From: an uncultured Clostridium sp.
Lineage (GTDB): Bacteria; Bacillota_I; Bacilli_A; RF39; UBA660
Assembly: GCA_964649575.1 (NCBI GenBank)
Contig: CAZYRI010000003.1
Coordinates: 1 to 56,383 of the forward strand
Direction of reading: 5' to 3'
Length of the DNA stretch: 56,383 nt
The notes beneath the pieces were generated by a model that searched no databases, was not told the origin of the DNA, and saw only the letters and a program-made list of their open reading frames with translations. Positions 8,701-16,461 of the stretch are shown here, in pieces (the stretch's first letter is position 1; every line of letters starts with the position of its first letter). The position numbers and the translations under genes are program-made.

Positions 8701-10461
8701 CTTGTTAAACACTCAAATGATGATGGTTATATTGTTGGTTCAAGAGGTTCTGTTGGTAGTAGTTTTGTTGCTACTATGATGGGAATTACAGAAGTTAATC
8801 CACTACCAGCACATTATAGATGTTTAAAATGTCAAACAAGTTTATTTAATGATGATAATGGAAATGCTCTTGGTTCTACATATTCAAGTGGTTTTGATTT
8901 ACCTGATAAGAAATGTCCTAATTGTGGAGAACTTATGAAGAAAGATGGTCAAGATATGCCATTTGCAACATTCCTAGGTTTTAATGCAGATAAAGTACCA
9001 GATATAGACCTTAACTTCTCAGATTTAAATCAAGCCTCAGCTCATGAATATACAAAAGTACTATTTGGTGTTGATAATGTTTATAGAGCAGGTACAATAG
9101 GTACAGTAGCTGAGAAAACTGCATATGGTTTTGTAAGAGGATATTTTGAAGATAGAGGTATTTTTGATAAGAGAAGTTGTGAAATAGAAAGGCTTGCTCT
9201 TGGATGTACTGGTGTTAAGAGAACTACTGGACAACATCCTGGTGGTATAGTAGTTGTACCAGATTATATGGATGTATCAGACTTTACACCATTTCAATTT
9301 CCAGCAGAAGATCCAACATCAGCATGGAGAACAACTCACTTTGATTACCATTCAATAGAAGAAAATCTACTTAAATTGGATATATTGGGTCATTCTGATC
9401 CAACTCAATTAAGACTTATACAAGATTTAAGTCATACTAATGTACTTGATGTACCACTTGATGATAAAGATACAATGAGTATATTTACTAGTACTAAAGT
9501 TTTAGGTGTTACTAATGAACAAATAATGTGTTCAACTGGTACTCTTGGAATACCTGAATTTGGAACACCATTTACAATTGGTATGGTTGCAGAAACTAAA
9601 CCTACAACTTTTGCTGAACTTGTTAAAATATCAGGGCTTTCTCATGGAACAGATGTATGGCTTGGTAATGCAAGAGATTTATGTACACCTGATGAAAATG
9701 GTGATATAAAAGTGCCATTTAAAGATGTAATTGGTTGTCGTGATGATATTATGGTTTATCTTATGTATAAGGGTATGAAACCTATAAAAGCATTTAAAAT
9801 AATGGAATTTGTTAGAAAAGGTAAAGCTTCTAAAGATCCTGTTACTTGGGCTGAACATAGAAAGACAATGGAAGAAGCAGGTATTGAAGATTGGTATATT
9901 GATTCTTGTCAAAAAATTAAGTACATGTTCCCTAAAGCTCATGCTGCTGCTTATGTTACAAGTGCATTTAGAATTGCTTGGTATAAAGTTCATATGCCTG
10001 CATATTTCTATGCCTCTTGGTTCTCAACTAAAGCAACTGATTTTGATATAGAATCTATGATTAATGGATATGATTCAATTAAAAATAAAATAATTGAAAT
10101 TAAAAATAAAGGATATGATGCAACTAATAAAGAAAATGGTGTCCTTGAATCATTAAATGTAGCACTAGAAATGGCTGCTAGAAATATAAAAGTTGCTCCA
10201 TTTGACTTATACAAAAGTAAAGGACTTACATTTGATGTACAAGATGATAATACAATAATTCCTCCATTTATCACTATTGATGGACTTGGTGAAACTGTTG
10301 CTAGAAACATAGAAAATGAAGCTAAAAAACATCCATTTATAAGTATTGAAGATTTTCAAAATAGATGTAAAGTTTCACAAACACTAATAGATAAAATGAG
10401 AGCAATGGGTATATTTAATAGTATGCCAGAAAGTTCACAATTAAGTTTATTTGATTTTTAA
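5743..10461 (+). CDS. polC: DNA polymerase III, PolC type
   Basis: PHP RVELHAHTMMSQMDG, exonuclease YDTETTG, GSRGSVGSS, KVPDIDLNFS, YMFPKAHAAAY, C-terminal QLSLF clamp motif; GTG start at 5743 inferred from SD GAGG. Confidence 0.97.
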   Translation: MKDIRLLKLANSIKLNEDFTKYLENAELKEVLLNKKTNKMTIVIINDFLFPIEMFLELYQNGTLLDGVDKIRYKFIIKNNDKYFKEYFLYYFDILVKSCPMLECVKKDRMVFNGNTVDIEVLNTAEKNKIEELVDKMEVFLSDMGFDDINIKATINEKEREKFRESLTEVRDEVISKKTKTVIKGNPIAGEASQIKNLIAAEDKVVLIAKVFGIESKTTQSGWLIITIKITDYTDSIISNIFTKKQEEFDYLLSNIKKDKWYKFKGTIKYNTRSNDYEFGINDIETYEKTENKIVDNAEVKRVELHAHTMMSQMDGLTKLDLGAHTCELVSRTIDMGYRGVAITDHNGCQAFPIAYQIIKGYNKNIKKKVKENLDALKEKLNNEMSEEEKVRLNDEIIKAEETVNNPPIFKGLYGTELTLVDDTVKIVVKGTDLPLDGTEFVVYDTETTGFNAANGDQMIEIGAVKIKDGVITDRFDKFINPGRHIPDKITELTFITDEMVKDASDEGTVTKEFLEWAGDLPMVAHNAKFDISFIEMAMKKYDLGEFKNTVIDTLELSRALDQGFARHSLSALVKRYNVPFDEESHHRADYDAEGTALVFHKMLQKLIGQNYETINSLENLVPKDEIHKFGRTYHFNAIALNRTGLKNLFKIISLANTTYLYKTPRILRSKLNELREGLLIGSGCYESEVFIEARSKDGEELTNIINFYDYVEVQPPEVYDHLLQTGDFANIFELKTHIKKVIDATKGAGKIIVATGDVHHFTREDKIYREIIVNQKVPGGGRHPLAKSNIINIPSQHFRTTDEMLKDFDFLDNDLAYEIVVTNTNKICDMVSEFEVIMDTKGIPFSPRVKADDGKTYLDCPRVVTDLVFEKAASWYGNPLPHNIEERISKELYGDAVYNYWYNRLKSENENISEEELIEKTFDNLHETLIAGFDRVKELIGEKVKKEWNEDDGELNDKSLATKVKKELGGIIGGGFDPIYLIAQRLVKHSNDDGYIVGSRGSVGSSFVATMMGITEVNPLPAHYRCLKCQTSLFNDDNGNALGSTYSSGFDLPDKKCPNCGELMKKDGQDMPFATFLGFNADKVPDIDLNFSDLNQASAHEYTKVLFGVDNVYRAGTIGTVAEKTAYGFVRGYFEDRGIFDKRSCEIERLALGCTGVKRTTGQHPGGIVVVPDYMDVSDFTPFQFPAEDPTSAWRTTHFDYHSIEENLLKLDILGHSDPTQLRLIQDLSHTNVLDVPLDDKDTMSIFTSTKVLGVTNEQIMCSTGTLGIPEFGTPFTIGMVAETKPTTFAELVKISGLSHGTDVWLGNARDLCTPDENGDIKVPFKDVIGCRDDIMVYLMYKGMKPIKAFKIMEFVRKGKASKDPVTWAEHRKTMEEAGIEDWYIDSCQKIKYMFPKAHAAAYVTSAFRIAWYKVHMPAYFYASWFSTKATDFDIESMINGYDSIKNKIIEIKNKGYDATNKENGVLESLNVALEMAARNIKVAPFDLYKSKGLTFDVQDDNTIIPPFITIDGLGETVARNIENEAKKHPFISIEDFQNRCKVSQTLIDKMRAMGIFNSMPESSQLSLFDF

Positions 10462-10484
10462 GAAGTAGAAATACTTCTTTTTTT
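10460..10484 (+). terminator. intrinsic terminator after polC
   Basis: AAGAAGTA-GAAA-TACTTCTT plus T run. Confidence 0.8.
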
Positions 10485-10525
10485 ATATCTATAATGTAGT
10501 CTTTCAAAAAAGAACACTTGTTCGC

Positions 10526-10553
10526 TTGTCGGGGGGGGTAAATATGCTATTAT
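10526..10553 (+). promoter_or_regulatory. putative sigma-A promoter with G8 homopolymer in the spacer
   Basis: TTGTCG (10526-10531), 16 nt including the G run 10531-10538, extended -10 TGcTATTAT (10545-10553). Confidence 0.6.
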
Positions 10554-10568
10554 AAATAATAGTAAAGG

Positions 10569-12083
10569 ATGAGTGAAGATATGAAAGATAAAAAAATACT
10601 GTATATAACAGGAATAGTATTATTATTTCTTATGAGTGTAGGGCTTTCCTATGCATACTTTAGTTCAAGCATAAGTGGAAATGCAGATAGTAAAGATATG
10701 GTAGTAGAGGCTGGAACATTGAAACTAACATATACTGATTCAAAAGAAATAGTAATGGAAAATATTAAACCAGGGGGATCTATAACAAAAGAAGTAACAG
10801 TAGAAAACACTGGAACACTAGAAACTGCATATAACATCATTTGGCAAGAATTAACAAATGAGATTATAAATGATGAAATGACAATAAGTGCTACTTGTAA
10901 AAGAATAAATGGAGATGTAGAAGAAGGAACATGTGAAGGAGTAGAAGAAACAGCAATTAAAAAACTTAAAGTTAAAGAAAATGTTTCAATAGAACCTAAT
11001 ATAACTCATGAGTATACAATAACAATTACATTTAAAGAAACTGGAGAAAATCAAAATTATAATCAAGGTAAAGCATTTAGTGGTGTTTTAGGAATTAGCG
11101 AGTATAAAGTTCCTGAAACTGTTTATTGTACATTTGATGGTGAAATGGTACAAGGTGCTGAATATGTTAATGGACAGTATACTTATAAATACAGACAACA
11201 AATGGAATATTCATCTTCATATGAATTGACTTGGACAAATATCACTGATGATGGTTGGGGAGTACAACTTACCGATAAAACTAGTACAGAAGCTGTAACA
11301 AGCAAATTATGTACATATATAAATGGTAAACCTATTGTGTCTATGGTTTATATGTTTAATGGAAGTCAAGCCACAACCCTAGATTTAAGTAGTTTTGATA
11401 CAAGTAATGTTACAAATATGGAAGCTATGTTTTATAATAGTAAAGCCACAACTTTAGATTTAAGTTATTTTGATACCAGTAAAGTAACTAATATGAGATG
11501 GATGTTTTGCGATAGTCAAGCTACAACACTAGATTTAAGTAGTTTTGATACCAGTAATGTTACTAATATGTATGGAATGTTTATGGGTAGTGAAGCTACA
11601 ACACTAGATTTAAGTCGTTTCAATACTAGTAATGTAACCGATATGTCTGCAATGTTTCAGGAAACTAAAGTTACAACCCTAGATTTAAGTAGTTTTGATA
11701 CAAGTAATGTTACAAATATGGAAGCTATGTTTTATAATAGTAAAGCCACAACTTTAGATTTAAGCAGTTTTGATACAAGTAAAGTTACGAATATGATGGA
11801 TATGTTTCGCGATAGTCAAGCAATAACAATAGATTTAAGCAGTTTTGATACTAGTAATGTAACCAATATGGTGGGAATGTTTAACGATTCTACTAATTTA
11901 AAAACAATATATGCAAGTGAAAAATTTAATACTGATAATTTTACTGATACTTCGGTAATGTTTTTGCTTTGTACTTCTTTAGTAGGTGGTGCAGGCACAA
12001 AATATGATTCAACAAAATTGAATAAAACATATGCTAGAATAGATGGTGGAACAAGTAGTCCTGGGTATTTTACTAGTAAATAA
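10569..12083 (+). CDS. surface protein: SipW/TasA-like N-terminal module plus DUF285 (BspA-like) repeats
   Basis: hydrophobic leader ending GLSYAYFSS; AGTLKL, NIKPG, VENTGT camelysin/TasA-like motifs; about 7 25-aa LDLSSFDTSNVTNM..MF repeats; start may be 10581. Confidence 0.8.
   Translation: MSEDMKDKKILYITGIVLLFLMSVGLSYAYFSSSISGNADSKDMVVEAGTLKLTYTDSKEIVMENIKPGGSITKEVTVENTGTLETAYNIIWQELTNEIINDEMTISATCKRINGDVEEGTCEGVEETAIKKLKVKENVSIEPNITHEYTITITFKETGENQNYNQGKAFSGVLGISEYKVPETVYCTFDGEMVQGAEYVNGQYTYKYRQQMEYSSSYELTWTNITDDGWGVQLTDKTSTEAVTSKLCTYINGKPIVSMVYMFNGSQATTLDLSSFDTSNVTNMEAMFYNSKATTLDLSYFDTSKVTNMRWMFCDSQATTLDLSSFDTSNVTNMYGMFMGSEATTLDLSRFNTSNVTDMSAMFQETKVTTLDLSSFDTSNVTNMEAMFYNSKATTLDLSSFDTSKVTNMMDMFRDSQAITIDLSSFDTSNVTNMVGMFNDSTNLKTIYASEKFNTDNFTDTSVMFLLCTSLVGGAGTKYDSTKLNKTYARIDGGTSSPGYFTSK
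11373..11764 (+). repeat. 75-nt coding tandem repeats including an exact 92-nt duplication
   Basis: 11373-11464 is identical to 11673-11764 (300-nt offset, i.e. 4 units). Confidence 0.9.
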
Positions 12084-12085
12084 TT

Positions 12086-12108
12086 GATGTTAGAAATAAC
12101 ATCTTTTT
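12086..12108 (+). terminator. intrinsic terminator
   Basis: GATGTTA-GAAA-TAACATC plus TTTTT. Confidence 0.8.
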
Positions 12109-12159
12109 GTTTAAATTGTTATGATAAAAATAAAATGATATAATAACTTTGGTGATTTG

Positions 12160-12909
12160 ATGAAGGTAGTTGTTTTAGGAAGTAGTAGTAGTGGAAACTC
12201 TACATTTGTTAATATAAATAATGTTAAATTTTTAATAGATGCAGGTTTACCATTTGGTAAACTTAAAAAATCATTATATGAAATAGGTGAAGATGCTAGT
12301 AATTTAGATTTCATAATAGTTACACATGCTCATAGTGATCATGTAAGGAGTTTACACTCATTTAATAGAGTTTATAATACTAAAATATATATGTCTATTG
12401 AGACTTTTAATGAATATAATAAGAAAGATTATATTAAAAATTATGAATTCTTTGATGAACTTGATAGTATAATGGGAATTAATTTTACTAAAATACCTAT
12501 TAGTCATGATAAAAAGGGTTTTGGGTTTATATTTTTTTGTGATGACAAATCTCTTGTATATATGACTGATACTGGTATGATACATTCTAGATATCATGAA
12601 AAGTTTAAAAATAAAACTGTATATTTACTTGAAAGTAATCATGATATTGAAATGGAAATGAATGGTAAAAAGTTTGAGTATATTAAATATAGAAATATTG
12701 GTGATGAAGGTCATTTATCTAATGAGGAGTGTGCTAAATATTTATGTCATTTTATAGGACCTGATACTAAATATATAATGCTTGTTCATATAAGTGAAAA
12801 TGATAATACATATGAGAAAGCTTATCAAGTAAATAGAGATAGTATTGATAAAAATATTCCAATATATATTGCTTATAAGGATAAGGTGAGTGAAATAATT
12901 AATATTTAA
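12160..12909 (+). CDS. MBL-fold metallo-hydrolase, YycJ/WalJ-like
   Basis: LGSSSSGNS, LIDAG, THAHSDH, SHD, TDTG, LESNHD, GHLSNE. Confidence 0.85.
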   Translation: MKVVVLGSSSSGNSTFVNINNVKFLIDAGLPFGKLKKSLYEIGEDASNLDFIIVTHAHSDHVRSLHSFNRVYNTKIYMSIETFNEYNKKDYIKNYEFFDELDSIMGINFTKIPISHDKKGFGFIFFCDDKSLVYMTDTGMIHSRYHEKFKNKTVYLLESNHDIEMEMNGKKFEYIKYRNIGDEGHLSNEECAKYLCHFIGPDTKYIMLVHISENDNTYEKAYQVNRDSIDKNIPIYIAYKDKVSEIINI

Positions 12910-12926
12910 AATGAATTAAATAATAA

Positions 12927-12955
12927 TTGTATGAGAGAAGTACTTATGTTATTAT
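12927..12955 (+). promoter_or_regulatory. putative sigma-A promoter of the pilin gene
   Basis: TTGTAT (12927-12932), 17 nt, TGtTATTAT (12947-12955). Confidence 0.55.
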
Positions 12956-12973
12956 TAAAATAGAGGTGTTTGT

Positions 12974-14119
12974 ATGAATAAAAGAGGATTTACATTGGTT
13001 GAATTATTAGCAGTAATAGCAATATTAGCAATTTTAGTAGTAATTGCATTACCGAATGTGCTTAGTATGTTTAATCAAGCTAAAAAAGATACATTTTTAA
13101 CTGAAGCAAAGAATATTTATAAGGAAATATCTAAAAAATATATTAGTGAAAATATGAAAGGTAATAAACTAACTTATATAAGTTCTGAAGATGATACTAA
13201 ATTAGATATGTCAGATGGTGGCATACAATATTGTATATTATTAAATGATGATGGATCAGTAAAGAAAATGAAAGTATCTAATGGAACATATGTAATAACA
13301 ATGGAAAATGGGAAGAAAGTAGATGATTTAACAACATCAGATGTAGTTGAAGGTAATTTAGATGGTTATACTTGTAATGTATTGCCTGTTAAAAAACTTA
13401 GTGAAGACACATGGCAAACTATTATAGCAAATGTAAAAGCAGGTAAAGGAAGTAAATATAATGTAGGTGATACAAAAGAAGTAGACTTAGGAGAATATGG
13501 AGTACATACCTTAAGAATAGCAAATACTTCTACACCAAGAGAATGTAATACTGATGGATTTTCGCAGACGGCATGTGGATTTGTACTTGAATTTGCAGAT
13601 ATAATAACAACTCGTCAAATGAATCCATCTGGAGAATATAATGAAACAAATTATAGTTATGGTTATAATGTAGGTGGATGGCCAAATACAACAATGAGAA
13701 CATTTGTAAACAATAATATATATAATGCACTACCAACAGAATTAAAGAATGGAATAATAGATACAACAGTAGTATCAAGTCATGGAAGTGAAGATGAGTC
13801 TAACTTCATATCAACAGATAAATTATATTTATTGTCTGGAATAGAAATATGGGGAATAGAAGGTGGAATAAAAGAGAAAGATACTACATATGATTCAAAT
13901 ATATCAAGGCAATTAGATTATTATAAGAATAAGGGAATAACATTATTAAGTTATAATGGTGTAACAAAAACAAATGGAACGAGTGCTTCTAGGTGGTGGC
14001 TAAGATCTGCATATTCTAATGATGATAACTATTTCTTTCTTGTTGGAACTGGTGGTAACTCTAATGGCCATCGTGCTAGTTATACTTATGGCATTTCTCC
14101 TGTATTTAGAATTGGATAG
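12974..14119 (+). CDS. type IV prepilin-like protein with C-terminal C-type-lectin-like (DUF6273-type) domain
   Basis: KRG/FTLVELLAVIAILAIL class III signal; GGWPNTTMR, DKLYLLS..EI, WWLRSA...GISPVFRI. Confidence 0.85.
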   Translation: MNKRGFTLVELLAVIAILAILVVIALPNVLSMFNQAKKDTFLTEAKNIYKEISKKYISENMKGNKLTYISSEDDTKLDMSDGGIQYCILLNDDGSVKKMKVSNGTYVITMENGKKVDDLTTSDVVEGNLDGYTCNVLPVKKLSEDTWQTIIANVKAGKGSKYNVGDTKEVDLGEYGVHTLRIANTSTPRECNTDGFSQTACGFVLEFADIITTRQMNPSGEYNETNYSYGYNVGGWPNTTMRTFVNNNIYNALPTELKNGIIDTTVVSSHGSEDESNFISTDKLYLLSGIEIWGIEGGIKEKDTTYDSNISRQLDYYKNKGITLLSYNGVTKTNGTSASRWWLRSAYSNDDNYFFLVGTGGNSNGHRASYTYGISPVFRIG

Positions 14120-14129
14120 ATAAATAAAT

Positions 14130-14155
14130 GAAGAATTGTAAAAGTTCTTCTTTTT
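14130..14155 (+). terminator. intrinsic terminator
   Basis: GAAGAATT-GTAAA-AGTTCTTC plus TTTTT. Confidence 0.65.
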
Positions 14156-14230
14156 AATTATATGTAAAGAAAAAGACTGCTTTTCTTTTAAAAATGGTAT
14201 TATTATGATAAAATTAGTTTGGTGAATAAA

Positions 14231-15442
14231 ATGTATAGAAAAACATTTATTGAAGTAAATATTGATCATTTAAAAGATAATGTATCTAATATTATAAAGA
14301 AATATAATGATTATAAGTATTATATTGCTATGGTTAAGTCTAATGCATATGGTCATGGATTATATATTGTTAATGATTTAATTGATAGTGGTATTAATTA
14401 TTTTGCTGTTTCCTCTTTAGAAGAAGCAATGGAAATAAGAAAATATAATAAAGATATACCTGTCTTGTGTGTAGAGCCTATTGAAATTGATAGTGTTGAT
14501 ATTGCTATTAAAAATAATATTACTCTTACTATAATTAGTTTAGATTATTTAAAAAAGTTGATAAATAAGAATAATTCTTTTATGAAAGTTCATATTAAAA
14601 TTGATACTGGTATGAATAGACTTGGAATAAGTGATAAGGATGAATTTAATATGGTAGTTGGTTTAATTAATAAAAACTCTAATATATGTTTAGAAGGATT
14701 ATTTACTCATTTTGCAACACCTGGTGTTAATGATAAGTATTTTGATTTTCAACTTAGTAATTTTAGAGATATTACTAATGATATAGATTTAAATAAAATA
14801 CCTATTGTTCATTTAAGCAGTAGTTTTATATTACTTGCTCATCCTAAGATTGAGTTTGCTAATGGTGTTAGATTTGGAACTATATTATATGGTTATGATA
14901 TAAGTCCTCATAAGTTATCTAATAGTCCAAAGGATATTTTAAGAAGAGTAAGAAATAATTATTTAATTAAAAAATATAACATAAGTAAAACATATGATAA
15001 TGTTGATATTAAACTTAAACCTGCTTTGAAAGTGAAAACTAATATTATACAAATAAAGAAAATTAAAGCAGGAGATAAGGTTGGTTATGGGTTGTTTTAT
15101 ACAGCTAGAAAAGATGAGTTAATCGCAACAATCCCTATTGGTTTTGATGATGGTATTGGTATTAATCATATAGGTAGATATGTTATTATTAATAATAAAA
15201 AATATCCTGTAATTGGTGAAATATCTATGTGTATGATGAGCATACTAATAGATGATAGTATAAAATTAGGAGATGAAGTGACTGTTATGGGGGATGGTAT
15301 TACTCTTGGTATGATATCAAGATTAAATAATACGACCATTCATAATACACTTGTTAATATAGGTAAAAATTTGCCAAGAGTATATATTAAAAATAATAAG
15401 AAAGATTGTATTGTAGAATACAATATGGAGGTAATAAAATGA
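14231..15442 (+). CDS. alr: alanine racemase family PLP enzyme
   Basis: AMVKSNAYGHG (PLP Lys), HIKIDTGMNRLG, FTHFA, VGYG; several substrate-pocket motifs diverge, so specificity is uncertain. Confidence 0.8.
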   Translation: MYRKTFIEVNIDHLKDNVSNIIKKYNDYKYYIAMVKSNAYGHGLYIVNDLIDSGINYFAVSSLEEAMEIRKYNKDIPVLCVEPIEIDSVDIAIKNNITLTIISLDYLKKLINKNNSFMKVHIKIDTGMNRLGISDKDEFNMVVGLINKNSNICLEGLFTHFATPGVNDKYFDFQLSNFRDITNDIDLNKIPIVHLSSSFILLAHPKIEFANGVRFGTILYGYDISPHKLSNSPKDILRRVRNNYLIKKYNISKTYDNVDIKLKPALKVKTNIIQIKKIKAGDKVGYGLFYTARKDELIATIPIGFDDGIGINHIGRYVIINNKKYPVIGEISMCMMSILIDDSIKLGDEVTVMGDGITLGMISRLNNTTIHNTLVNIGKNLPRVYIKNNKKDCIVEYNMEVIK

Positions 15443-16461
15443 GTCTTAAAAGTATGATGGTAAGTAAGGTAAAGGCTATAAATTATGAAAAATTGAATAA
15501 ATTAAGTAATGATATAGCTTTTCGTAATCACAAAACACAAAGTTATGTTAAGAGGGATATGATTAAAAACTTTGTTAAATATGGTATTGGTTATACTGAT
15601 TATTTAAAAGGTGATTATATAAATTTAACAGAAGAGCAAAAGAAAACATATGTAACAACTAAAAGTTTTTATAAGATGTTGAAGTATTTAAATGATGATA
15701 ATTATATTTCTGTTATGAGGGATAAAATATTATTTAATAAAGTTTTTAAAGATTATATTAAAAGAGATTTCTTAGATTTAAGAGTTGCTAGTGATGAAGA
15801 AGTTAAGAAGTTTTTAAAAGGTAAAAAGTATGTTTTTGCTAAACCACCAAAGGACTTCGGAGGACACCGTATAGAGAAAATAAAAGTATCTGATATAAAG
15901 GATGTTAGTATATTTCATGTTGAACTTTTAAATAAGAAATTATATTTATTGGAAGAGGAAATAGTACAACATCCTGAACTTGATAAGTTAAATCCTTATG
16001 CAGTTAATTCATTTAGAATAGTTACTCTTGTTAAAGATAATAAGGCATATATACTTGCTAATGCTCTTAGAATTAATATTGATGATGCAGTTGCTATTGG
16101 TTGTTCTGATGCTTTTATGAGACTTAATGAAGAAGGAAAGATTTGTAGTAGGGTAGTAGATGATGTTGCTAATGTTTATACTGAACATCCAATTGCTAAA
16201 ATTAAGTTTGGTACAGTAACTGTTCCATTTGTTAAAGAATCATTTGCTATGGCTTTAACAGCAGCTCTTGAAGTACCAGAAGTTAGATATGTTGGTTGGG
16301 ATATTGCTATAACAAAAGATGGACCAGTAATTATGGAAGGCAATGAGTATCCTAGTTATGGTCTTGTTCAATATTATTTATTTAATGACGAACATGAAGG
16401 TCATTTAGCTCAAATATCTAAGATTTTAGGTGAAGAAGAAATGAAGAAGATGAAATTATGA
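15439..16461 (+). CDS. sugar-transfer-associated ATP-grasp protein
   Basis: DKILF, FAKP, EEEIVQHP, VNSFRIVT, YVGWDIAIT..GPVIMEGNEYP; ATGA overlap with the racemase. Confidence 0.8.
   Translation: MSLKSMMVSKVKAINYEKLNKLSNDIAFRNHKTQSYVKRDMIKNFVKYGIGYTDYLKGDYINLTEEQKKTYVTTKSFYKMLKYLNDDNYISVMRDKILFNKVFKDYIKRDFLDLRVASDEEVKKFLKGKKYVFAKPPKDFGGHRIEKIKVSDIKDVSIFHVELLNKKLYLLEEEIVQHPELDKLNPYAVNSFRIVTLVKDNKAYILANALRINIDDAVAIGCSDAFMRLNEEGKICSRVVDDVANVYTEHPIAKIKFGTVTVPFVKESFAMALTAALEVPEVRYVGWDIAITKDGPVIMEGNEYPSYGLVQYYLFNDEHEGHLAQISKILGEEEMKKMKL

Noticed and set aside
11340-11900. Regularly spaced repeats resembling a CRISPR array (also 18540-19080)
   Set aside because: They are in-frame, degenerate 75-nt units encoding DUF285 repeats, with no cas genes.
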